Made by a program: the position numbers and the translations under genes
The notes under the pieces: model-generated
Told to the model about the DNA's origin: nothing
Databases searched by the model: none
The model's input: only the letters and a program-made list of their open reading frames with translations
From: an uncultured Candidatus Saccharibacteria bacterium
GTDB lineage: Bacteria; Patescibacteriota; Minisyncoccia; Phycocordibacterales; Phycocordibacteraceae
Length of the DNA: 64,000 nucleotides
Assembly (NCBI GenBank): GCA_964546795.1
Contig: CAZJKG010000003.1
Location: 22,305-86,304, forward strand
Reading direction: 5' to 3'
Part shown: positions 10,501 through 20,379 of the stretch, in pieces
Layout: each line of letters begins with the position of its first letter
How positions within the stretch are numbered: the stretch's first letter is position 1

Positions 10501-12684
10501 TTAAAGAGTGGGTGTAATTGGAACCAGAGGTGTAGGCGCGGGTGCGGTGCAGACCGACGAGCCCTTAAGCGCCACCGCATTCGCACTAATGAGCGTCAGC
10601 CGGTCAACGAGAATATTTCCCGAGACATTGAGCGAACCGGAAGGATTTGCTATCGCTGTTTGTACTCCTGTTGTGAATGCATGCTTTTGGGCGTCGGCTA
10701 CATCAGAGGGCGTGGGAGGCATAGTTCCGAGTGTCTGTACATTGGCGATATATGTAGCATCTGACACTCCAGCGCCCGTCTGCAGTCCGGTCTGTACTTT
10801 CTGCACCATCGCACGCGCGGCAGCAATCGTCGTAGACGCGGTGATTGCCCAAGCAAGTGTTGGTGTGATTTCTGTCGCAAGCGCGTTCTGTGCGGCGCTT
10901 ATTTGAGCAGTATTGGTATTTGTAAAGTTAGTAAGATTTGTCAGGTCTGTTGGATTGCCATTCACTAAAGTACTTGATGCAACTGCTTGTTGAGCGACAC
11001 AGAAATCTATAAGAGCCGCAACGCTTGTGGATGCGGTATTTGCCGCGCTGCGAAGAGTATTCACAGCCGGTTCGTACTGCGTCAAACGATTCAACATATC
11101 GGGACCGGAAGTTGAGAGTGTCGCCGCAGTTGCAGCTACATTGGCGTTAGTAACGCCCAGATTGCCCGGCGAGTCCGTGTATTGCCGGAGCGGAGATACG
11201 GCACTTGAACCGGAGGGCTGATTGACTCCGAACAGACCGCCAGAACCGGGGCCGCCGAGGATCTTTGCCGCGAAGTCGACGGTCTTCAGAACGGTCGCGA
11301 TATTGGCAAGAATCCTAGTGATTTCAGGGCCTACATTTCCCATCCGAACTACCGAGTCCTGCTGGCCGCCAAGGACTTTGTTGAGACCGGCTGCGATGAC
11401 CGAACCGGGCGTCTTGATGGTGCCTGTCGTGCCGTCGGCATTCGTGCAAGGATCTCCGGGAGCAATGCCGAGGAAACTGTTGCCGGCGTTGGCAGCTTTT
11501 GCGCGAGCAAGGGCATCAGCTCTGGCGACAGCAGCGGCTGCTTTGGCGAGTTCGACCGCTCCTTCCTCATTGCCATCAGCAATGGCTTTGTTGTATGCGA
11601 AGTCGTAGGCGGCTGTGGCGGATGCATCAACTGCCGCGGCGTTCGCACCGGCGGCATCATTCGTCGTAAGCGCACCGAGCATGCCGTCGCTTTCCCCGCA
11701 CCACGATACGAAACCGTCGCCATAAGAGAGGTCTGCGAGACGCGCACCGGTAGCGCCACCCGCTCCAGGGCCAATAATAGCTGCGAGCTGATTCTGCGAA
11801 TTTTGATAGAGCGCGTAAGGATTATTTTGAATTTGAGTTGTGAGTGCGAACCATGATTCAATACCGCCGAGCGCCCAATTACCGTTGAGGTAGCCGTAGG
11901 GGTTCGGCGACGTTTTGCGGAGTGTATCCATATTAGCGGCCCAAAATCCGGCAAGGGATGTTTTATTCAAATAATCTTTGCGAAGGGCGGATATGATGGA
12001 ACCGGAGTAAGGCGACCTAGAACTCCGCATATACTGATCTAGATATGCGAGAGTGTGCACGTCCGATACTGTTTGCAAAGATGTTTGTATGTCTGCCACG
12101 AACTGCGGAATGCCCGTGCCGTTGGCCTTGCCGATGACGAACTGTATGACGCCTTCGGTTATGAGCTTCAACAATTTCCCCGATAGGACAAAAGCGAGCG
12201 GTTGGAGGACATACGCATCAATCCGCATGGCGACAAGCGCCGCTGAAGAGGTGACGGCCGCGACTTGGGTAATTGACTGAGTAATGAGAGAGATGGCAGA
12301 CGTGACGCAAGCACTCAAATTTACGCCTGCGGAAAATGTCTCTATGGACTTAAGTACGGAATCCGAAGTTGGGACCCCAGTCGGTGCCAAGGCAGCCAGA
12401 GCTGCTGGAGTCGATGCTAGACAGCCAGCGCCACTTGCGCTTGGGAGACCACCACCAAATTGTGACGCTGATGTTGTTAATTCTGTTCCAGGTACGCTCA
12501 AGGAAGATGCTCCACCAGACGTTAGATTTAACGTGCCATCAAGAGTTGCGGAGGTAGCGCCTTGCGGAAGTGTCGTCGTAAGTTGCGCATGCACTTTCTG
12601 AGGAGCGGTGAGAAGCGCGGAGGGTGTGATAAGAATAGCTATAAGAAGTGTGGCGAGCGTTTTAGAAAAGAAAGATGGCTTCAT
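10501..12684 (-). CDS. Large secreted Ala/Thr/Ser/Gly-rich protein
   Basis: 727 aa. N-terminal signal peptide MKPSFFSKTLATLLIAILITPSALLTAPQKVHA. Low-complexity, surface-protein-like. Overlaps neighbouring genes by 1-4 bp (operon). Confidence 0.6.
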   Translation of the reverse strand: MKPSFFSKTLATLLIAILITPSALLTAPQKVHAQLTTTLPQGATSATLDGTLNLTSGGASSLSVPGTELTTSASQFGGGLPSASGAGCLASTPAALAALAPTGVPTSDSVLKSIETFSAGVNLSACVTSAISLITQSITQVAAVTSSAALVAMRIDAYVLQPLAFVLSGKLLKLITEGVIQFVIGKANGTGIPQFVADIQTSLQTVSDVHTLAYLDQYMRSSRSPYSGSIISALRKDYLNKTSLAGFWAANMDTLRKTSPNPYGYLNGNWALGGIESWFALTTQIQNNPYALYQNSQNQLAAIIGPGAGGATGARLADLSYGDGFVSWCGESDGMLGALTTNDAAGANAAAVDASATAAYDFAYNKAIADGNEEGAVELAKAAAAVARADALARAKAANAGNSFLGIAPGDPCTNADGTTGTIKTPGSVIAAGLNKVLGGQQDSVVRMGNVGPEITRILANIATVLKTVDFAAKILGGPGSGGLFGVNQPSGSSAVSPLRQYTDSPGNLGVTNANVAATAATLSTSGPDMLNRLTQYEPAVNTLRSAANTASTSVAALIDFCVAQQAVASSTLVNGNPTDLTNLTNFTNTNTAQISAAQNALATEITPTLAWAITASTTIAAARAMVQKVQTGLQTGAGVSDATYIANVQTLGTMPPTPSDVADAQKHAFTTGVQTAIANPSGSLNVSGNILVDRLTLISANAVALKGSSVCTAPAPTPLVPITPTL

Positions 12685-13697
12685 GGCTTGGTGGCGGCTT
12701 GTTGGCTCGCGGCAATATTCTGCATGAGATTCACGAAGGCAGCGCCGGGCGCACCCGCAGGAAGAGAAATGTCGGCTGTTTTATATATCGTGCCGATGTG
12801 TATGAATGCGTTGCCGAGAGCAAGCACCGTCTGCGGATATTGCTGCAATGCAAGTATGGTCGCCAAGGGGTCATCGTTCACTTTGGTGAAATCGTCGGCT
12901 ATTTGGCTCGTGCGCATGAGCGCATTTATAAGTGCAAGGTCGTCTCCGGCAAGTTCCTCGGGCACGGGAAGTACTGCAAGTCCGATGGCGGATTCCCGAT
13001 AGGTCTTTGCTATGGAAGATATATACAAAAGCGCTTCGGCATCGTCCTTCTCAACCGCGTCTTGCAGATATAAAATCTCACTCTTCGTTGCATTACTCGT
13101 TTTCTTTAAAAGCACCGCCTCGGCCTGAACGGCAAATGTCTTGAGCGCTTCCGCTCCGGTGCCGCGGACCGCGATATCTTTTGCGGATTTGAAATCGGGC
13201 GCGAGCGCGAGAGATGTTGAAAGCGACTGCAATGCCTGATTGGCGACATTGTTCATGTCATTTTCGGAAAGATCCGCTCCGCCGCTCGTCTGCTTCGCAG
13301 CGAGATAGAGCGTAAAGAATGTTTTTGCGAAGGCGGCGGTAATAGTTCCTTCCGATGGCGCACCCGATGGCGAGGTTTCAGAACCGGCGACGGGAATATC
13401 GGCGATTGCTTTAGGCACGATGAGGCCGCGAGTAACTGCCTCTCCGTCGGTCATACCGAGGTGAAACGTATCGGTAGTACTTGGAGAAGTGCCGTAGAGG
13501 ACCTCTTCCCAATCAGGAAGACCATCGCCGTCAGCATCTTTCGTCGCGATCGCCTGCAGAAGCGCTGTCTCGGTGGAGGCCTGCGCGACCGGAGGCGATT
13601 CAATGCCGCGTCCAAGCGCATACACGCCGACGATAAGCACTACCGAGAAGAGTGTTGCGGCAAGAACACGCCAATTTCCGAGAATTCTTTCCCTCAT
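12681..13697 (-). CDS. Membrane-anchored hypothetical protein with a DADGDG calcium-binding-like motif
   Basis: 338 aa. N-terminal TM helix LAATLFSVVLIVGVYAL. First gene of the operon. Confidence 0.55.
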   Translation of the reverse strand: MRERILGNWRVLAATLFSVVLIVGVYALGRGIESPPVAQASTETALLQAIATKDADGDGLPDWEEVLYGTSPSTTDTFHLGMTDGEAVTRGLIVPKAIADIPVAGSETSPSGAPSEGTITAAFAKTFFTLYLAAKQTSGGADLSENDMNNVANQALQSLSTSLALAPDFKSAKDIAVRGTGAEALKTFAVQAEAVLLKKTSNATKSEILYLQDAVEKDDAEALLYISSIAKTYRESAIGLAVLPVPEELAGDDLALINALMRTSQIADDFTKVNDDPLATILALQQYPQTVLALGNAFIHIGTIYKTADISLPAGAPGAAFVNLMQNIAASQQAATKP

Positions 13698-13793
13698 AGC
13701 TTCGCCTTAAAGTATAGCAGTCAAGCCCGAAAAGAGGAGTGATTGTATCTGTATATAAGGTGTGTTAGGAAGGAACACCTCGGAAGGCCAGGA

Positions 13794-14591
13794 TTATCTA
13801 CTTATACCAAGCCACATCGAAAGAGGTAGGTCTTCGGCGCGTGCTTTCAGAGGAATATCCCCGACAGGGAGGCCAGCGTCAATGAGATTGTTCCGCACGA
13901 ATTTGCGCTTATGCGCGAATCCGGCGTGAATAAAAGTGAAGAACCGCTGTTCTTCTTCCGGCGTAGAGAAATTTTCTCGTGAAATGTCGCGGACGGTGAG
14001 CACTGCGGAGTCAACGTTCGGTGCGGGCTTAAAGGCCCCACGCGGTACAGTAAATTCATACTTCGCTGTTCCGTATGCCTTCACCGAGAGCGAAAGGATG
14101 CTTTCCTTATTCTTGCCGAGCCTGCCTGCCGGCAGGCAGGCGATGCGCTGCGCAACTTCTTTCTGCACGAGAAGTGTCATTGCATTTGGCTGATGCTTTG
14201 AGCCAAGAAACATTCGAAATATTTCGCCAGTGAGATAGTAGGGAATATTCGCCACTACCTGATATCCACTATTTTCTGCTATAGCAATATTTAATGGATA
14301 GTTGCGAATATCGCTATGTATGAGCTCGAGGCGACCATCTGCGATATCGCGGATGAAATCAATCTGTAATTTTTTAAAAAGTGCCTGGTCTGCTTCAATG
14401 GCAATAACCTTCCCCGCCACTTTCAGAAGTTCCCGCGTGAGCATACCTGTCCCAGGACCAATCTCAAGCACGACTGTTTCCGACGTAAGGCGTGCGACAA
14501 GTGCAATGCGCTCCGCTATGCGCGCATGCATCAAAAAGTTCTGCCCTAAACTTTTCCTCGCCCTGAGCGGAGTCGAAGGGTTGGTCCGCAT
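13794..14591 (-). CDS. rsmA: 16S rRNA (adenine1518/1519-N6)-dimethyltransferase
   Basis: SLGQNFL motif, SAM-binding EIGPGTG, NIPY motif. Confidence 0.92.
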   Translation of the reverse strand: MRTNPSTPLRARKSLGQNFLMHARIAERIALVARLTSETVVLEIGPGTGMLTRELLKVAGKVIAIEADQALFKKLQIDFIRDIADGRLELIHSDIRNYPLNIAIAENSGYQVVANIPYYLTGEIFRMFLGSKHQPNAMTLLVQKEVAQRIACLPAGRLGKNKESILSLSVKAYGTAKYEFTVPRGAFKPAPNVDSAVLTVRDISRENFSTPEEEQRFFTFIHAGFAHKRKFVRNNLIDAGLPVGDIPLKARAEDLPLSMWLGISR

Positions 14592-14611
14592 TGCTGTACA
14601 ATACTGGTTGT

Positions 14612-14953
14612 ATGGACAACCGCAAACTTACGCAAAGAGATTTTGAACACGGACCGGCGCGCGAGACATTCAGCCATTTGCAGCATCTTGCCGGCTTGAG
14701 CGAGCAAGGGCGCGGACGCGTCGATGACGCCATGAAAGCAGCGGTCGCTCACGTGGAGAAAACGCGCGGCTTGCAGTATGGAATGCAAAGTCAGCACGTC
14801 GATATGGCTCTGAACTTTTTAGACAAGCACTATGCAGGTCGTCATGACCTGAAGACCAAAGAACGCGAGTTGGTTAAAGAAACGTTCAAAAGACACTTCA
14901 ATATCAAAGACGAACTTCCACCCGAGACACACGAAGAAAAAGAGACCGCTTAG
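14612..14953 (+). CDS. Hypothetical protein (about 113 aa), a lone plus-strand gene
   Basis: Non-repetitive ORF filling the only gap between rsmA and the helicase; no SD seen. Confidence 0.35.
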   Translation: MDNRKLTQRDFEHGPARETFSHLQHLAGLSEQGRGRVDDAMKAAVAHVEKTRGLQYGMQSQHVDMALNFLDKHYAGRHDLKTKERELVKETFKRHFNIKDELPPETHEEKETA

Positions 14954-16887
14954 GCATCAATAATTTCCTCTCCATCGGTTTCATCGTGGAGCATGAGTGA
15001 GGAATTGATATCGGCAAGAAATGATGATGGTTCGGCGGCGTAATCGGTTCCGTAGATTTTACGAACGCGGGCGAGCGTCAGGAAAAGACGTTCTTTTGCG
15101 CGCGTCATAGCGACATAGAAGAGTCGCCGCTCCTCTTCTTCATCGCGATCCCTTTCGCCTCCCATATCGGTGTGCGGGAATAACCCTTCTTCCATGCCAC
15201 TCACGAAGACGGTGCCGAATTCAAGACCCTTCGCCGCATGGACGGTCATGAGCGTGACGCCCCTCTTCTCGTCCCGACGATCCATCTCATCCTGATCGCT
15301 CGCGAGTGCGGCTTCGGCAAGAAAAGCCGCTATACCTTCCATGCCGGGCACGAAGTCGTGCCGCGCAGCGACTGATGCGAGTTCTTCTACGTTTTCAAAG
15401 CGTTCGCGGTCTTCTGCACTACCCTCTTCCACAAGCGCACGGCGCATGCCGCTCTTCTCGATGACGAGTTTTACGAATTCGGAAGAGGTGAGCGAGAGCG
15501 CAGCATGCGAAAGTTCGTTGACGATGCGCTCAAATTCTTCGACTTTCTTTATCTCTCCCATGCGCAGCTGTGAGCGCTGGCCCGCCACAAGTTTTCCGAG
15601 CGTCACTTTGCCGATGCCGCGCGACGGGTTCATAGCGGCCCGGACTTTATCGACTTCGCGCGAAGGATCTATAGCGAGGCGTATCCATGCAAGTGCATCC
15701 TTCACTTCCTTGCGTGCGAAGAAATGCGTGCCGAGCAATTTATAGGGCACGCCGGAGCGGAGCAGTCCCTCCTCAAGTGCGCGTGATTGGAAGTTCGTAC
15801 GGAAAAGTATAGCGATATCCTCGGGAGGAATACTCTTCTTCATTAACTCCCGTATTTTCAGGGCTATCCAACGCGCCTCATCCTCAGCGGAGCGCGCCAT
15901 ATGAACGACGATGGGCTCGCCTGCCGCACGTTCGGTCACCGAGTATTTTTCCTTTCTATTTTTATTCTTTTCTATAACCGCGTTTGCAGCATCAACCAGG
16001 TTCTTCGTCGAGCGGTAATTGCGTTCTAGAATAATCGTCTGCGCCTCCGGATATTCTTTGTCGAACTCGAGCAGATTTTCTATCGTCGCTCCACGCCAGG
16101 TATAAATGGTCTGATCGATGTCGCCGACGACGAACAGGTTCCGATGTTTCGCGGCGAGCATGTTCGTGAGCCGCCCCTGGAGCGCATTCGTATCCTGGTA
16201 TTCGTCGATGTGGAGATACTGCCAACGATTCTGGGCAAGCGCGCGGACATCGACATGTTCTTCAAGCATCCGTAGCGGAAGTGCGATGAGGTCATCGAAA
16301 TCGAGCGCTTTTTCTGCAGCAAGAATCTTCTCGTAACGAAGCCATGCTTCTGCGGCTATGCGCGCGCCGAAGCTCTCGCGGCCGTGCTTCTCATAAAATT
16401 CTCGAGCGAGCATCCCTTCGCCCTTCGCTCTCGAGATGCGGCTTAGAACCGCCCGAGGCGAGAGTTCTTTTACCGAAACATCGAGTTCTTTGAGCGCTGT
16501 GGTTATCGCTTTTTCGGAATCATCTCGATCGTAGACGCTGAAGAAGCGCGGGATGCCGATACTTTTCCCATAGCTTTGGAGAAGTTCTCGACCGAGGCCG
16601 TGGAACGTGGCTATGAAGGGCTCGGAAACAGCATGGTCATCGGGTTCGAGCATGGTGCGGACCCGATTTTTCATTTCACGGGCGGCCTTATTGGTGAACG
16701 TAACAGCAAGGATCTTCTCCGCACTGACACCCTCGCGAATAAGGTGGTAGATGCGTGTCGTGAGTACATTCGTTTTCCCGCTTCCGGCACCGGCGAGGAC
16801 CGAGATGGGGCCGCTTTTCGCAAGCACGGCCCGCTTCTGGGCATCATTTAATCCTGTGAGATAGTTCACTGTCAGAATATAACGCAT
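14950..16887 (-). CDS. uvrD: ATP-dependent DNA helicase, UvrD/PcrA family
   Basis: 645 aa. Walker A GAGSGKT, helicase motifs TFTNKAAREM, VDEYQDTN. Confidence 0.92.
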   Translation of the reverse strand: MRYILTVNYLTGLNDAQKRAVLAKSGPISVLAGAGSGKTNVLTTRIYHLIREGVSAEKILAVTFTNKAAREMKNRVRTMLEPDDHAVSEPFIATFHGLGRELLQSYGKSIGIPRFFSVYDRDDSEKAITTALKELDVSVKELSPRAVLSRISRAKGEGMLAREFYEKHGRESFGARIAAEAWLRYEKILAAEKALDFDDLIALPLRMLEEHVDVRALAQNRWQYLHIDEYQDTNALQGRLTNMLAAKHRNLFVVGDIDQTIYTWRGATIENLLEFDKEYPEAQTIILERNYRSTKNLVDAANAVIEKNKNRKEKYSVTERAAGEPIVVHMARSAEDEARWIALKIRELMKKSIPPEDIAILFRTNFQSRALEEGLLRSGVPYKLLGTHFFARKEVKDALAWIRLAIDPSREVDKVRAAMNPSRGIGKVTLGKLVAGQRSQLRMGEIKKVEEFERIVNELSHAALSLTSSEFVKLVIEKSGMRRALVEEGSAEDRERFENVEELASVAARHDFVPGMEGIAAFLAEAALASDQDEMDRRDEKRGVTLMTVHAAKGLEFGTVFVSGMEEGLFPHTDMGGERDRDEEEERRLFYVAMTRAKERLFLTLARVRKIYGTDYAAEPSSFLADINSSLMLHDETDGEEIIDA

Positions 16888-16924
16888 AAATCGATTTCCA
16901 CAGCTATCAGACAGGGCGATTGAC

Positions 16925-16952
16925 TACCTCCCCTGTTCAGCTATACTTTCCC
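16925..16952 (+). promoter_or_regulatory. Sigma70-like promoter candidate TTGACT-16-TATACT, upstream of the LysM/M23 gene
   Basis: Located in the divergent spacer. The SD AAGGA lies 4 nt before the ATG at 16981. Confidence 0.4.
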
Positions 16953-16980
16953 TATCTACTGATACGGAAGCATTCAAGGA

Positions 16981-18174
16981 ATGGCTTATATACGAGAGTA
17001 TGTAAGCCATTCTTGTATTATCGGACCCACCGGATTCCCTCGTTCACCTATTGAACTAAACCAACATCTTCCCGACTCGCTGGCCCACGGCACGAGACCG
17101 GATACATATGCGAAATTCCTTGAACAAGGCGCTCTGCTCATAGCCGGGTGCACTGTTTTTGTAGGAATCTTTTCACTCCTGCCGAATCGCGCACACGCGT
17201 TCTGGCCTTTCTCTACCCGCGCGGATGCCGCAGCGAACACTTTTATTCCAAGTGCTTCCACACCGGTACTTGCGGCAAGCATCAACAGTAACCCCAACGC
17301 AGGCGTACCCATCGCGCTCTCCACTTCGGGCGGCTCGGCACTCATTTCCTATAGAGGCCCTTCTGACGCAATAGACAATGTTGCGGGCGTTGCGACGCCC
17401 GACCGCATTTCCGTCTATGTAGTGCGCCCGGGCGATACGCTCTCGGATATCGCGAGTATGTTCAATGTCTCGGTGAACACTATTATCTGGGCGAATGATC
17501 TTAAGAGTGTGCGTGATGTGCATCCCGGCGATACACTCATCATCCTGCCCGTCTCAGGCGTCGAACGCACTGTCGTCAAAGGCGATACGCTCAAATCGAT
17601 CGCGAAGAAATACGGAGCGGATGCGGAAGAGATCGCGCAATATAATGGTCTCGATCCGGCGGAGGCACTCGCGGTCGGTTCTACTATCATCATCCCCGGC
17701 GGAGAAATCGCCGCACCGGCATCAAGCGCGCGTTCATCGGGTTCTTCTTTTGTCCGCGAGCCATATCTGGGAGGTGGCGGTTCCGTTCAGAGCGGCTACT
17801 ATGGCAACCCCGTACCGGGCGGCACTATCACACAAGGTCTCCATGGATGGAACGGTATCGATATTGGTGCGGCGCGCGGGACCCCGGTTCACGCGGCAGC
17901 AGACGGCACCGTCATCGCGGCGCGCAAGAATGGCGGATGGAACGGCGGCTATGGCAACTACGTCGTCATCACGCACAGCAACGGCACACAAACACTCTAT
18001 TCCCACATGAGAAGCGTCATTATCTCTTCCGGACAGCCGGTTTCCTCCGGACAGGTCATTGGCTACGTCGGCGCGACAGGCCAGGCGACAGGCCCGCATC
18101 TCCACTTTGAAGTCCGTGGGGCGGCAAACCCGTTCCGTAATTGTTTTGTCGGTTCCGTTTGCTCTCCGCAATAG
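16981..18174 (+). CDS. Peptidoglycan endopeptidase: two LysM domains plus an M23 (LytM) peptidase domain
   Basis: LysM repeats (YVVRPGDTLSDIA, VVKGDTLKSIAKKYG) and an M23 signature (HxxxD ... GATGQATGPHLHFEV). N-terminal TM/signal. Confidence 0.88.
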   Translation: MAYIREYVSHSCIIGPTGFPRSPIELNQHLPDSLAHGTRPDTYAKFLEQGALLIAGCTVFVGIFSLLPNRAHAFWPFSTRADAAANTFIPSASTPVLAASINSNPNAGVPIALSTSGGSALISYRGPSDAIDNVAGVATPDRISVYVVRPGDTLSDIASMFNVSVNTIIWANDLKSVRDVHPGDTLIILPVSGVERTVVKGDTLKSIAKKYGADAEEIAQYNGLDPAEALAVGSTIIIPGGEIAAPASSARSSGSSFVREPYLGGGGSVQSGYYGNPVPGGTITQGLHGWNGIDIGAARGTPVHAAADGTVIAARKNGGWNGGYGNYVVITHSNGTQTLYSHMRSVIISSGQPVSSGQVIGYVGATGQATGPHLHFEVRGAANPFRNCFVGSVCSPQ

Positions 18175-18311
18175 GCCTGCAGAGCCAAGCTTGCTCCCCG
18201 CGCTCGCTCAGAAGAATGAAATAAGCAAAGCTTGCTCCCTACGTTCATTCACGAAAGAAAAATCAGAATCTTTCTTTCGTCTCACTCGCTTGGTAGTAAT
18301 TTTTACTACAT

Positions 18312-19892
18312 TTATTCAAATCCGAATAATCCGCGCGGGCGATATTGCAGTGCCTCGTGTACGAAAGCTGGCGTGACGGAACTAGAACCTGCGAGGTCGG
18401 CAATGGTTCGTGCGACGCGCATGGTGCGATGATAGCTCCGGGGCGAGAGACGGAGGCGTGCTGCGGAGAGTGTGAGTGCCTCTTTCGCTTCGGCAGTGAA
18501 GACACTTTTCTCGTCGAGTTGCCGGCTCGTGAGCGCAGCGTTCGTCGCGCCCTTTTTGCCGGTGCGTGTCTGTGCACATTTGCGCGCTGCAACGACGCGT
18601 TCGCGCACGAGTTCCGATGATTCACCGCTTGCGAGCTTCGCGAGCGTATGGTGCGGAACGAGCGGTACCTCGATCCAGAGATCGAGACGGTCAACGATAG
18701 GACGGGAAATGCGGCGCGCCTGTTTGGCCGCCGCGCGTATTGCCACGCGCGAGTCGTCGGAAAGGGTGTCTGCCGGATTCATGGCCGCAACGATCATGCA
18801 ATCAGCCGGAAAAGTCACACTGGCGCGCGCCCGAGAGACGGTGACGACGCGGTCTTCAAGCGGTTGTCGTAGTGCCTCAAGCGTTCGAGAATCAAATTCC
18901 GGAAATTCATCGAGGAACAGAACACCTTTGTGCGCGAGCGTGACTTCGCCGGCTTTCGGGAAGGCACCACCTCCCACGATCGCTACATGCGATATCGAAT
19001 GATGTGGAGAGCGGAACGGCGGCCAGTACACCGCTTCCCCTTCTTGGAGAAGTCCTGCCGTTGAATGTATTGCGGTCACTTCTAGCATATCGTCATCGGT
19101 GAGAGGTGGAAGAATGCCCGCAAGTGCGCGAGCAAGCATGGTCTTGCCGGTGCCGGGCGGACCGTAGAAGACGATATTATGGCGACCGGCAGCGGCGATT
19201 TCGAGTGCGCGCTTCGCGCTCTCCTGTCCCTTCACGTCCGCGAGGTCAATAGCGGGCGGAGGCGATGGAGCGCGGCGGTCACGCACAAGCCGCGGCAAGG
19301 GTTTCTCCTTTTTAAAATGTTGCAGGAGTGCCGAGAGGGATTTTGGCGCATAAACGGCAACACCTTCGGCAAGCAATGCTTCACTGGAATTTCCGGGAGG
19401 CACATATATCGTCTTCACACCTTTTCGTTTCGCGGCTAACACCTGCGGAAGAACGCCTCTTACACCGCGCAACGTTCCATCGAGCGCCAACTCACCGATA
19501 AGTAATATGTCTTCGGTGAGTGCTGCAAGGTCTCCGGCGGCGATGAGATATGCGAGTGCGAGCGCAAGGTCGTAGTGTGAGCCCTCCTTTTTCAGATCCG
19601 CAGGCGACAACGAAAGAACGATACGCTTATTCTGCTGCTTGGGCGGCTTGTAGCCGGAGTGGCGTATCGCCGCGCTCACTCGGTCGCGTGCTTCCTCAAC
19701 CGCTTTATCAGCAAGGCCAACAACCGAAAAAGTATGCAGTCCGCGCGTAAGATCCGCTTCAACACTGACTAGTTGTGCGGATGAGCCAACCGGCTGTGCA
19801 GCAAGTGTCTTGGCGTATCCATGCTTCGGTGCTGCGCGCTCCATAGGAGTGCGCGTGGAAAACGATCTGGATTTCGGTTTTATGACGGTCAT
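18312..19892 (-). CDS. comM: YifB/ComM family Mg-chelatase-like AAA+ ATPase
   Basis: [16 protein letters not shown]..., Walker [10 protein letters not shown]-terminal MCM-like segment. The start is chosen at MTVIKPK so it does not overlap the upstream dksA-like gene. 19844 is an alternative start. Confidence 0.85.
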   Translation of the reverse strand: MTVIKPKSRSFSTRTPMERAAPKHGYAKTLAAQPVGSSAQLVSVEADLTRGLHTFSVVGLADKAVEEARDRVSAAIRHSGYKPPKQQNKRIVLSLSPADLKKEGSHYDLALALAYLIAAGDLAALTEDILLIGELALDGTLRGVRGVLPQVLAAKRKGVKTIYVPPGNSSEALLAEGVAVYAPKSLSALLQHFKKEKPLPRLVRDRRAPSPPPAIDLADVKGQESAKRALEIAAAGRHNIVFYGPPGTGKTMLARALAGILPPLTDDDMLEVTAIHSTAGLLQEGEAVYWPPFRSPHHSISHVAIVGGGAFPKAGEVTLAHKGVLFLDEFPEFDSRTLEALRQPLEDRVVTVSRARASVTFPADCMIVAAMNPADTLSDDSRVAIRAAAKQARRISRPIVDRLDLWIEVPLVPHHTLAKLASGESSELVRERVVAARKCAQTRTGKKGATNAALTSRQLDEKSVFTAEAKEALTLSAARLRLSPRSYHRTMRVARTIADLAGSSSVTPAFVHEALQYRPRGLFGFE

Positions 19893-19897
19893 CGGTA

Positions 19898-20245
19898 TTA
19901 CAAATGCAGAGTGCAGGTCGTTGCGGCGGGATCGGCGGACAGTCGCGCCTCTTCTATCGCGGCACCGCACACTTTACATTTTCCATACGCTCTCTTTTCT
20001 ATCCTTGAAAGCGCAGAGAGAATGCTGTCGTAGCGCGCTTCGAGATCGGCGAAGATAGCGGTGTTGTTCTCTCTATCCACGATGATATTGGCCTGGTCGA
20101 TAAGGTCCGGTTCTGCGCCCGTCTCGGGCGAGGTGGGTTCCCAGTCATTTGGCACCATGGGATTCTTATGACCGATGTTCTGCATCTCCGATTCAAGCTT
20201 GATTTTCTCCGCTTCAAGCTTCTTCCTAAATTGTTCTGTCTTCAT
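19898..20245 (-). CDS. DksA/TraR family C4 zinc-finger protein
   Basis: C-terminal [25 protein letters not shown] (four Cys), preceded by a coiled coil. Confidence 0.8.
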   Translation of the reverse strand: MKTEQFRKKLEAEKIKLESEMQNIGHKNPMVPNDWEPTSPETGAEPDLIDQANIIVDRENNTAIFADLEARYDSILSALSRIEKRAYGKCKVCGAAIEEARLSADPAATTCTLHL

Positions 20246-20356
20246 CCCGTTAGAGGCAGAGCGCGGCTATACGACCCACCATGTTACGCACGCTAGTAAT
20301 TCCACATTTTGTGAACATAGCTGTTTAAGTATATCGCGACCGCGGCCTCTAACGGG
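20246..20356. repeat. Start-codon-abutting inverted-repeat element, copy 1 (111 bp)
   Basis: Termini CCCGTTAGAGGC / GCCTCTAACGGG, a 12-bp perfect inverted repeat. One terminus touches the dksA-like start codon; the other is followed by ATTCAT (ATGAAT on the coding strand). The interior folds into an extended imperfect hairpin. Confidence 0.6.
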
Positions 20357-20379
20357 ATTCATGGGGAGATGATAACAGG

